This document shows positions 27,990 through 39,625 of a DNA stretch of 64,000 nt, piece after piece. The stretch is taken from positions 65,968,001-66,032,000 of the forward strand of contig OX597818.1 of NCBI GenBank assembly GCA_951406725.2, written 5' to 3'. Position 1 is the stretch's first letter. Every line of letters starts with the position of its first letter. The position numbers were made by a program, and so were the translations under genes. Under the pieces are notes generated by a model. It saw only the letters and a list, made by a program, of their open reading frames with translations. It was not told the DNA's origin and did no database searches. This DNA is from Octopus vulgaris. Lineage: Eukaryota.

Positions 27990-28850
27990 AAACTTAAGCC
28001 TAAAATATCTCCAGTTTCTTCAAATAAGATCACTGATCATAATCATAGACTTCCTATAACACTCAAGCGTGGACCCAGAAACCTTTTACTATATTGTTCC
28101 AATAATATTATTGGCCTGTGCATGGTGACATGCCCTGACATCTGAAGAATGCCTCAGTGTACCCTATTTCGAAAGAGAGCAACACCTCTAACCCAACTAT
28201 CAATCACCCTCTTGTTATCACTTCTAAGATCTCCAGCGTATCAGAGAGAAATATCGGTATTGACATTCTACGAATACTTGAATCTTTTCTTTCTTTCAGT
28301 GTAAAACGTCCAGTCTCCCCACAGAAAAATCCACATATGACCAACCCCGATGTTCTAACCAGTGAGCATCACCTTTACAGAATGTATTTTGTTTGTTTTT
28401 CTTCTTTTTCTAAATAATATCGATAATATACACATTTTTGATGATTTCTGTTATACAAAACTTCAATAAAATTAGACTCGGATAAGTACTTGGTAAGCTT
28501 ATTATCTGAGCACACCTTTATGGCATGTATTGCTGGCGTTTTTCGGTCCCACGCCAATCATGTCTAGTCGTTCAAGAGGTACAGTTTGCTCGTCACCCAA
28601 TTTTTTTCTTCTTTCTTTATCTCATTGATGTATTTCCAACGACCACAACAAATCCCACTCTTGTACAAACGACTGCAACCCATTTCATTTCCCTGAAGCT
28701 TTTGCTAAACGTGCAAATCTCTGTCTAAGCTAGATACCCGATGCCAAGCATACGTTGAAAACCCGAAATGGAGTCAGGCAGATAAATTTCGGGAGAGCTA
28801 GATCAACCGTATACCTTTTGAAAGAAAAAAAACCAAATCCTTATCCACTG
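27990..28850 (+). mobile_element. Ancient CR1/Jockey-group RT remnant
   Basis: KNASVYPISKESNTSNPTINHPLVITSKISSVSER resembles WKxAxVxPIPKKGDxSNPxNYRPIxLTSxxSKVME. A decayed QGSVLSPxLFxxYINDL-like stretch occurs at ~28565-28680. Confidence 0.55.
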
Positions 28851-30083
28851 CCTATATACATCTACGGATTATTTCACATCCTTAGTGAAACAATTATTAA
28901 TTCCTTTATATATACATAGTCAACACTTATTTGATGTATATATGTCAAACAATTGCGTTATGAACAACTACTGCCAAACAATGAAGGACGGACGAGAAAT
29001 GTGACATTTTAAGGAAACATAAATTTTCAATAGTTGCATGCCATGTTTGAAATTCATTTTCGACATTTGTTAAAATCCCGAATTCATACCTGTAATACAT
29101 TAACTAACCGAAATGACGTCACATACTTTCATGGAGTTAACATGGAGCTTAAAATAAGAAGAAATGTTTTCTACATGGTTTAATGTAGGTTAATTTGCAT
29201 TTATATATGTTTACATATAAGTTAAGAATTAAAATCAAAATGAGGGTGAAAAAATTGTATATTAATTTAATAACATCAATTTAACACCAGTGGTTTAGCG
29301 CATAAAAAACTGAGATTCAGTAAATTCAGTAAAGTGGACGCCCTTAGCGTAAGAGCGTCCACTTTAGTGGATTCTCTCTCATATATGTATACATATATGT
29401 ATGTGTATGTAAATGTGTGCACGTAAATATGTGTATGTAGGTAAAATACATACACACACACACATATACATATACATATATATGATTACACACATATATA
29501 TATATGGGTGTGTGTGTGTATATACACATACATACATGTGTGTGTGCGTGTATGTATATGTGAGGGAGTTTAAATATATATATGCTTGAAAGTAACCGTA
29601 TGCTGAGAGAATGTGAAAGATGGCGTGAGATATTAATTGTGGCATATTTCAATGAACAGCCCCTGCAGAAATGGAGAGATTGACACAAAAACCTCATTTA
29701 GGGTTCAGATCCACACAATGAGTGCATGCATAAGCGAACCGACCGCATTTAAGTGCATTAGGGAACTGACTGAAATGTTGAAGTAAAAAAAAAAGACAAA
29801 GCCAACCACACGGCTTTCTAAAGAGTAAACTATGCAGAATGTCTTCAAATACTCTCTCCTATATGCATCCGTTTCTCTACAATATATTATCGGCCAGGCT
29901 CCTCCGAATCTACTGCCTTCCACACCAATATTCTACTCCACATGAAGACACACACACACACACACACACGCACACACACACACACACAATCATTAACATG
30001 CTCACACACACATACTTGCGGAGAGCACACAGGTGTCGAAAAAGTAAACTCGAATGTCGAAAATAATATGTAATACAAAAAAT

Positions 30084-30297
30084 CTTTTCTACCCTAGGCA
30101 CAAGGCCCGTAAATTTGGAGGAGGAGGCCAGTCGATTGCATCGACCCCAGTATACAACTCGTACTTCATTAATCGTCTCCAAAAGGATAAAATGAAATGT
30201 CCACCTGGACGGAATTTGAACTCAGAGCGTTAAGAAATAAGAAATACCGGTAAGTATTTCGCCCAGCTTGCTAAGATTTCTGCCGGCTCACCGCCTT
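30084..30297 (-). mobile_element. SINE family A, short-tail monomer
   Basis: CTAGGCACAAGGCCC tail, core and head all present. TAATAC(A/G)AA flanks both ends. Confidence 0.85.
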
Positions 30298-30769
30298 AAT
30301 ACGAATATTGTCTGCCGAAAGGGCGGAATTGCCTCTGAAAATACCTTCCATTGTAGGATGAGAGAAGCAGAAAAATGAAACAAGGCAAATGGATGTTAAA
30401 AGCGACATAACTAAAAGACGAATAGTCCAATCGGTTATGGGGGTAAGGATATTGAGAGGTATTTATGTATGTATGTATTTATGTATAGCCGTATGTATGT
30501 GTGTATGTATGTATGCATTTATGCATGTATGTATGCATTGAGAACGCGTGTGGACGCGTGTGTGTTTATTGCTAGCTACAAAGGCGGTCCTACCCCAGGT
30601 TTAAAATATACGTGCTTGAAACTTTAAGGTGTTTCCATTATTTTGTCCAACAACTAGGTACTTGATTATCCGATTCTGGGTTGTCCATATATATATATAT
30701 AAGGTTGGTATGGTACTAGTTACTTTCATAATGCTACTCTGCCACACTGGCTTTCCATGGCTTGGCTTA

Positions 30770-30960
30770 GGGGTACAATTCTTATACTCTTACTTAGAAG
30801 CAGCATGATCGATGACATCGACCTCAGCATTCAACTGGTATGCATGTCATCGACCTCTAAGGATGAAAGGCAAAATTTGTTTCGGCGGAATTTGAAATCA
30901 AGTCGTAAGAACGGACAAAAAACCACAAGGCATTTCGTCCGGTGATCTAGCAAATCGGAC
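30770..30960 (-). mobile_element. SINE family A, old copy
   Basis: ATCGACCTCTAAGGATGAAAGGCAAAA..CGGCGGAATTTGAA..GCATTTCGTCCGG. Confidence 0.65.
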
Positions 30961-31710
30961 AGTGTGGTCAGCGACTCAAATCCACAGCATCTACATGAAA
31001 ACGAGTTTGGTGATAACAACAGGTTGAGGCTTTGGGCTGCACTGGACAAAATCTTATTGCAGTATATTAATTCATAGACATCTGTGGCTATCACGGAAGT
31101 CTTTTCTAGTGGACCGGGTAGATTTGAAGTATTCGTGAAACCATCATGTTTAGATGGTCTGATAATCTAGATTCCTATATATGCATTAATTTCTAAATAT
31201 ACAATTGCATTGTACACTGTTGCATACGGCACCTGATCGTTGTAGACCAAATGTTTATTCTATATAAATATACATTTTGCACATCATCCAATATCATTAC
31301 TAATGCTAGATTTATTTACTTAAACATCTCTTTCTAGCTTTCATTTATTCGCAAGCCACTCCCTCGTCTGCCATATCATCGCTAATGTGTCACCGTTATT
31401 TCCAAGAAACCTTTGAATGTCACACGTCAATGTCTGCTGGTATACATCATTCTATATTATCAAACTATGGAAACTCTACAGCCACCAAAGTGAATATCAA
31501 CTTCTTTTTTCTCGATTTTCACATGCTCTCTCTTGTCAGGTTTCGATCATTATTCTCTTCCCAACATGTCTCCGCCAAACTCACGCTATCGTAACTGTGT
31601 CATTGCGTGCTTTGCTTGTATACATACACACATATATACGTATATATGTGTATGCATGTGCATATATATGTATATGTGTAAGCATATATATATATATGTA
31701 TAAAATAAAA

Positions 31711-31869
31711 AATTAGGGTATCTATGAGATACCGCTAAGCTGGAAATAGCAACCAAAATTTGACTCTAAAACCACATTAAATGTTCATACAGTACATATG
31801 CTGTATGAACATTTAATGTGGTTTTAGAGTCAGATTCGGCTGCTATTTCCATCGTAGATACCCTAAATT
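31711..31869. repeat. Fold-back palindrome
   Basis: 31-bp perfect inner arms (31762-31792 and 31801-31831), an 8-nt loop, and imperfect outer arms to TAGGGTATCTA / TAGATACCCTA. Confidence 0.9.
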
Positions 31870-31969
31870 ATACTTTTGATAATAATTATTACCTTTGAAG
31901 CTTTTTATTCCCATGCCGGCCACTTCCTAGGATCGATATTTAATTTAAATTAACGATCGTATCCTTACT

Positions 31970-32026
<57 letters not shown>

Positions 32027-32290
32027 AAATTAAGGATAAAATCTTTATAAGAAATTATCAGTACTTAGCGTGAAAAACCTCGTAAGAGAAAATATCTGTA
32101 AATTTTTCCACTTTGAAAATATTTATTTATATTATATAGAGGGTACTATGATTCATAGGTACCGCACGCTAGGAGGGACTCTTGCAGTCAAAACTACTAA
32201 AATAAACAAATTGTACCGAATGCAAAACTTCAAAGCAAGTCATTTAAAATCAGAATTTAGTCACATATATCCTTCCACGCTGCAATTGTT

Positions 32291-32360
<70 letters not shown>

Positions 32361-32419
32361 TTATAAATATAGATATAGATATATGTATATCAATATCCAT
32401 ATATGAATTTTGTTTCTAA

Positions 32420-33322
32420 AATTTCAGCTCAGATCTGCGTCCATGCTGATGCACCGCCGATTTCCGCTACACTGTTATTACTAAGAGCTTTGATATAGCT
32501 AACCTCATTTGCACCTCTTGCCGTGAGGTAGGCTCATCTGGGACTCTCGACAGGAAGAGGTCCAGCTTTGATTTTAAAACCCCTACATCTACTTTGTGAA
32601 ATTCCTCAGACTCTTTGGGAGAATATTAAAAAGTCTGGGCCCTTAAAACCCAGGCTGTTGCAGTAACTGGACCTGAAGCGTGATCGCATTGCTGGGATCT
32701 TTGGCACTATGCAGTGTCGTCCCATTCTAGCATTGGTGTAGCTTACAATGCCAAAATTTGGCACAATTCCTTCCAGGATCTTCCAGACATATATTACTGC
32801 ATACCTCTCCCGTCTTCTCTCCAGGGAGTAGCGTCTTAGCTGTTTCAACCTTTCCCAGTAGCTGAGCTGTTGCAAAGAGACATGTGTGAATCTTCTCTGG
32901 ATTGCTTCAAGGTCCGCTGTTAATCTCACACTGGTGGGTGACCATAGCTGTGAACAATAATCCAGACGGCTGGGGACGAATGTCCGCCAGATGACCATCA
33001 TGGTATCCTTATCTCTGGTTCTGAATGTTCTTAGAGTCCATCCACCCAGTCGTCTGCACTTTGTCGCCATCCTGATAATGTGCACTTGGAAAGAGGTATC
33101 CTCACTCATGTCGGTACCCAGGTCCCTCACTTACTTAGGCTCTGGGATTGAAATTCCATGTGGACCGGTGTACCCTGTAAGTTTAATATTCTGTTTTGGA
33201 TGCTGGTAGCGCAGGGCGTGGAATTTTTCAGCATTAAACTGCATATTATTATCCTCAGCCCATCTGTAGATTGAGTCCAACTCCTGCTGCAGATGTGCAA
33301 CATCGCTGGGGTTCTGTATTAT
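32420..33322 (-). mobile_element. CR1/Jockey-group LINE 3' end, 5'-truncated
   Basis: LQQELDSIYRWAEDNNMQFNAEKF, VRDLG, SRLDYCSQLWSP, LEAIQRRFT, LSYWERLKQLRRYSLERRRERY. Confidence 0.9.
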
Positions 33323-33338
33323 CTGAATATATATATGA

Positions 33339-33391
<53 letters not shown>

Positions 33392-33465
33392 GTGTGTGTG
33401 TGTGTGTGTATGTGGCCGCGTCTATCGTTTGCGATTAAGTTTCTCCGTCTTTGGACTTTTTCTCT

Positions 33466-33500
33466 ATTTCTGATGAAGAGCTCCGCTCGAAACGTGAAAT
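33466..33500 (+). ncRNA. Minimal type I hammerhead ribozyme motif with a non-canonical GUG triplet, inside repeat 33420-33590
   Basis: ATTT-CTGATGA-A-GAGC-TCC-GCTC-GAAA-CG-TG-AAAT: intact CUGAUGA/GAAA core, 4-bp stem II, 4-bp stem I. Confidence 0.7.
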
Positions 33501-33586
33501 CCTCTTTCTTTCAATTCCTGAGCGTCCAATAACACAGTACATGTTCCACGTCCTCGCGTTGTTATTTTTTCTTGCTTCTTGTTTGG

Positions 33587-33631
<45 letters not shown>

Positions 33632-33634
<3 letters not shown>

Positions 33635-33848
33635 GGTCCCGGGTTGATTCGGGGTTAACCATAGTAAATAAGGTACTCAATACATAGCAGAGTAAATGAA
33701 TGAAACAGTTCTAGTCCTGTAGAAGCTCCTTCTATATAATAAATTAATTTTACTCTGCTATGTATTGAGTACCTTATTTACAGCTTCCTGAAGATTTCTC
33801 TTGAATGAAACAGTTCTAGTCCTGTAGAAGCTCCTTCTATATAATAAA

Positions 33849-33853
<5 letters not shown>
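33632..33853 (+). mobile_element. Penelope pLTR-like fragment with nested inverted and direct repeats, in (TA)n
   Basis: 33-bp inverted repeat 33664-33696 / 33749-33781 and ~42-bp direct repeat 33697-33738 / 33802-33843. Contains a hammerhead. Confidence 0.7.
33782..33832 (+). ncRNA. Type I hammerhead ribozyme, predicted cleavage after GUA (33826)
   Basis: Stem I AGCTTC/GAAGCT; core CTGAAGA; stem II TTC-tctt-GAA with a U.U closing position; GAAA; stem III ACAG/CTGT with an 8-nt loop; GUA triplet. Confidence 0.75.
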
Positions 33854-33892
<39 letters not shown>

Positions 33893-33894
<2 letters not shown>

Positions 33895-35570
33895 TTAAGA
33901 CTACGAAGCAGTAACAGGAGCGAAAACCAACCGAGAAAAGTCAGTGGGCTTGGGGCTCGGCACCTGGAGAAGAAAGCCCATGCTGTGCGGTAGCGCCTTT
34001 GTCGTGGGACTCTGGACCGACGGTCCGGTCGAGTTGCTCGGAATCTGGTTTGTTCCGGTCCACCAAATGAAGAAGAACTCGGATGAGATAGCGAGTGGGG
34101 TGGCCACTCTTCCCCGGCAATGGGCTGAGAGGATGCTGTCTCTAATAGGTCGGGTGGCGGTGGCGAATACGTACATCGCGTCCGTCATCTACTACCGCCT
34201 GACTGTCGTTCCTTGTCCCGAACCTACCATCACCAAACTAGAACGCATTCTCTTCCGCTTCTTGTGGAAAGGATGCGTCCCGATGATCAGGGGATCCACT
34301 TGCAGTCATCACCTGTTAAAAGTAGGGATGGGCATGACATGGTTGATGATGCGCAGACACGCGCTGAGACTGCGATATCTCCAGCTCTACATAGAGGACG
34401 TGAACAGGCGTGGTCATCGTTTGTGAGGCGCGCTCTCCCGCAGCTCCTCTCCATGACCGAGCTACAGTCGTAGATCAAAAGAGGCCGAGGAAGTGTGGAT
34501 GGCACCGCGAGTGTCGCGTTGCTCTCAAGCAACTATGCCGTCCCGGGTCGAGCTTCAGCGATTTCAACACAACCAAAGCATTCAAGAGGGGATTAGTGTA
34601 GGGGTGCTACGACGACGATCTCGGAGCCAGCCTGGGCATCGACGAGGAATACCTGACCCGCCTGTTCTAGACGACTTTCGGGCCGGGAACTATGGACAAC
34701 TTCCAGAAATCCATGGCCTGACAGTGCTATCGAGAAGCGCTACCCGTTCGGGATAAGCTCTACAGGCATGGCTCGAGAAACACGGGGCCGACCTGTCTGA
34801 GATTCGGTCAGAGCGACGAAACCGTCCTGCACGCACTCGTACAGAGTCCAACCATTTCCGACCTGTGGGCATATGACGAACGACTGCTATCGCGTGTGGG
34901 AATAGTTGGCTTATCAATCGAGTCTATCGTGAATATTGTCGTACCTCCTTCCTTGAAACGGGAAGGAAGAGCAATTTTCATCGTACTTGTGGCTATGGCG
35001 TAAGAATGTGTATGGTGGACGCGTCTGAAAGGTCTAGAGACAAACACTTTACTCTCTGGTCAATCTCTAATCAACTTCTTCAAGTATCACTTGAGGAAGG
35101 TGAGAGTAGAGAGGGAAGTTTTGTCTAGTGAATGTTTAAAAAACAAATGTGTAAATGTAGCAGGATGGCACGTGTGAATGATGGAGCCAGCTTGAGCATC
35201 ATCCTATGAACCAAAAGAAAAAAACCCAAAGGTAAAAATGAGATCCATTTACTGTAATGTGTTTTCTTTTTGCGTGACACTATTTCCCAAGGTTCCCGTG
35301 GTTTTTTTTCCGTAGGCTTTTCTATCCACGGACAAACCTAATCTGTTTTCCCTTTTTACTTTGATATTTCTGTGATACACGATCCCTATTGATCGGGCCC
35401 ACTTTTTTTTCTCGGTCTCTTTTGATCGGAATCGCCACGCATTCATATTCACGACCCCTTTCGATCGGAATTCGCCCTTTTTTTCCCCCTTTCTCTTCTT
35501 CCCAAAAGGAGTGTTCTACTTTGTACTTTGTCCCTTCTGTGTTTAGCCCTGCGTGGCCAATAAAGAAATC
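33893..35570 (+). mobile_element. Tx1/L1-clade LINE 3' part (late RT, zinc-knuckle region, 3'UTR), decayed
   Basis: NREKSVGLGLGTW, GPVELLGIWF, WAERMLSLIGRVAVANTYIAS, LERILFRFLWKG, and ALPVRDKLYRHG..PTCLRFGQSDETVLHALVQSP (decayed CxxC-x8-H-x4-C). T-rich 3'UTR ending AATAAAGAAAT. Confidence 0.88.
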
Positions 35571-36163
35571 TATCTATCGGACAAAATAAATGGATACGCA
35601 AGTGTGTACTTTTCCGTGCAGGTTGTGTCATGCGTATATACATATGTGTGTGTATGTGCGCGCGTGTGTCTGTGTGTGTATGCATAATGCATATGTATAT
35701 ATACATATATATATATGCAATAATGTATATATGTATATATATACATATATGTGTGTGTATGAGTATGTATAAATATATATATGTATGTGTATATAGATAT
35801 ATGCGTATATATATGAGTATATGTATATGTGTGCACATATATATACATATACATTCACATCCATAAGTATATATATATACATATATATGCATACGTATAT
35901 ACACAAACACGCACACACACACATACACACGCACATATATAATAAGCAGAAAATGGCGAAAACTTCTACATTTTCTGCTTAAATTAAATTTAATTCCTGA
36001 TAAACTCTTTTTTATTTTGTTGTTGACTATATCCTATGAGCATAGTATGCTGGCATATCTATGCCCAGATTTAATATAGGTAATGCCCAGGGTTAACGTA
36101 GTAATTACGAGCATTCTCATCCCTTAGACCTTTATACCAAACCGCTAACTCTGTTTACATATA

Positions 36164-36204
<41 letters not shown>

Positions 36205-36224
36205 ATATATATATATATATGTAA

Positions 36225-36695
<471 letters not shown>

Positions 36696-36696
36696 T

Positions 36697-36755
<59 letters not shown>

Positions 36756-37861
36756 ATGTATGTATGTATTCGCAAGCGTGTACCTTTCCTTGCAGATTGT
36801 GTGTGTATGTGTGTGTGTGCGTGCGTGTGTGTGTGTGTGTATAATATACAGAGAAAAATGGCGATAACTAATATCGAGTCTGAATTAAACTATTTTCCCA
36901 CTCTATTCAAACCATGTGAATTCAGCGTCGTATACAAAAGCGTACATTTTTTTTTACCTTTTTCCACTTTCCCCGCATATCTTTCAATTATGACTTAATT
37001 CTATATAAACTCTAACATCGCATTACAAGGTATTTTTCATAGTTTTGCACACTGCTGTTCTAACGTCTTGTTGACTGATCTGCTGTAGTCTGAGTTATCT
37101 CTCTCTCTCTCTCTCTCTCTCTCAAAACTGACTGACTGCCACAAGCTACAGATTAATACAACTACATTATTTGTACAGCTAATAAACACTGCATGCACGC
37201 AGAACAGTCAAACGGCCGCAACTTTATACGGGGAGGGAAAGCAAATGCCTCGTTGTATTTTTGTACAAATAAAATACAGAGAAACGTTTACGATATGCGT
37301 GTGTATATATATAGAAATTTGAGTATGATTACAGCGACGCGAACTGCCTTAGATCAGAGATCAATATTTTGGCTGAGGCCTGTATAGGATGGGAGGCAAC
37401 TCATGTTTTGTGTTCCAAAGTATATTCTCAAATATCTGTAAACAGGACTTGTTAAAATCTATATTTTATATCAAAATCAGTGTGCATGATTGGTCTATAC
37501 ATGAATGCATGTGTGTATATATACACACGCACTCATGCATATTTATGAATATACACACTAATGTATATACATAAATATGTATGTATATTTATATATAGGT
37601 AGATAGATATACATAGTTACATATATGTATGTGTAAGTATATTTAGCTGTATATATATGTATACTTACATACATAAATACATACATATGTATATGTGTGT
37701 GTGTGTGTGTGTGCGTGCGTGTGCGTGTATGTGTGTGAACGTTTATACATTTATATATTCTCGCACGCAAATGCACATAAGCACACACCCTCATATCCAT
37801 ATATATATTTATACATATATACATATATATTTATACATATATACATATATATTTATACATA

Positions 37862-37934
<73 letters not shown>

Positions 37935-38321
37935 GCTTGTTCTCGCGTGTGTGTATCTATATCTATAGGAGTATTTATATTTATATATGTAAAAAAATAT
38001 AGATTCATTTATTTATTGATGCCCATAAATGTATAAGTTTCTTTCATAAGGAATAGAAGGGCACATTCGGAGACTAATCGAAATACTTCGACATAAACGG
38101 TTACGTGTATGAGTGCTAGGTTATGCGTTCTTGTACCCGAAGAAATATTTAATAGAATCAGTGTAAATATTGACAGCCGCAGCAGCATGTAAAATATATG
38201 CAAAGTGTGATTTTCGTTTACACCAGAATAAGTTTAAAATATTCCTTCTTAGAAAACACATACATCCCCACTCACACACTAACACACGTATATGTATAAG
38301 TAGAAATATATGTGTGTGCGT

Positions 38322-38360
<39 letters not shown>

Positions 38361-38417
38361 TTAACGGTGGTGCATCAGCAGGGCCGCAGCTCTGAGCTGG
38401 AACTAAAAGAAAAAAAT

Positions 38418-38449
<32 letters not shown>

Positions 38450-38454
38450 GAAAA

Positions 38455-38630
38455 TTATGGTACAGGACGTCACAAAAGTTAAACAACATCAAATACGAAA
38501 CCTAAGTCGGATATTCGAACTACAGGAAATAATGGAAAACAAATGGGAAATAAGAGAAGTAACATAGAGAACGACCCTTCATCAGTTATCGACTGTCTAT
38601 CTACGTCTCATTTCGAGCATTGAACGACAT
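38455..38630 (-). repeat. Interspersed repeat in microsatellite, second copy at 58284-58487
   Basis: GAACGACCCTTCATCAGTT..CTCATTTCGAGCATT is shared with 58300-58352. The GGTACAGG end matches CCTGTACC at 58480. Confidence 0.7.
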
Positions 38631-38634
38631 ATAT

Positions 38635-38670
<36 letters not shown>

Positions 38671-38679
<9 letters not shown>

Positions 38680-38801
38680 TAAAAAGAATTCCAACCTTGT
38701 CTGATTTTCACGTTTTATTTACAATCTTATAATGATATATTATAAGATTGTAAATAAAACGTGAAAATCAGACAAGGTTGGAATTCTTTTTATTAATATA
38801 T
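38671..38801. repeat. Perfect palindrome in (TA)n
   Basis: Arms 38671-38733 and 38739-38801 are exact reverse complements with a 5-nt spacer. Confidence 0.95.
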
Positions 38802-38857
38802 TCTTCTATACACAATCACACACACCCATAAATATATATATATCTATATATATATAT

Positions 38858-38964
<107 letters not shown>

Positions 38965-39032
38965 CAACAATTTCTAATGAGTTCAGTATGCGGCGAAGTA
39001 ATTTATTTTACTAAGCCCTTTTATATAATGTA

Positions 39033-39063
<31 letters not shown>

Positions 39064-39122
39064 GTTTATATATTTATATATATATACGAATACACATAGA
39101 TAAGTAGCTTGGTAGCTATATC

Positions 39123-39209
<87 letters not shown>
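39123..39209. repeat. (GATA)n microsatellite
   Basis: Directly visible. Confidence 0.95.
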
Positions 39210-39210
<1 letters not shown>

Positions 39211-39537
39211 GCACACAGACAGACAGACAGCTAGAGAGATTTACGTAGACACATTCAGAGACATTATCTCACACATATAAACGTGTTCATGTATGTATAT
39301 CTCTGTGTGGTCTGTTTTTGTAGGTACTAGCTTGTATGAATCATTGGTTATCTACATGCATGCATCTTTATATGTGCGTCTTTATATATACATACATGCA
39401 AAAAGGGAAGCGAAGAGAAAGAGAAGGAACGGAGAAAGTGTGCCGATAATCTATCAAGGCAGTATCTATCGTTCCACAGGACGCTTTAAGGTAAGAATGT
39501 TGTCCCTATACATTTTCCCTAAAGCTGGAATATAAGA

Positions 39538-39625
<88 letters not shown>

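Noticed and set aside
38570-38625. Type II hammerhead on the minus strand (CTCGAAA...CTGATGAAGGG)
   Set aside because: Only a wobble-rich stem II can be drawn, with no stem I or stem III.
38965-39005. Degenerate hammerhead CTAATGAGTTCAGTATGCGGCGAAG between (TA)n tracts
   Set aside because: Both core strands are mutated and the stems are weak, so it cannot be supported without homologues.
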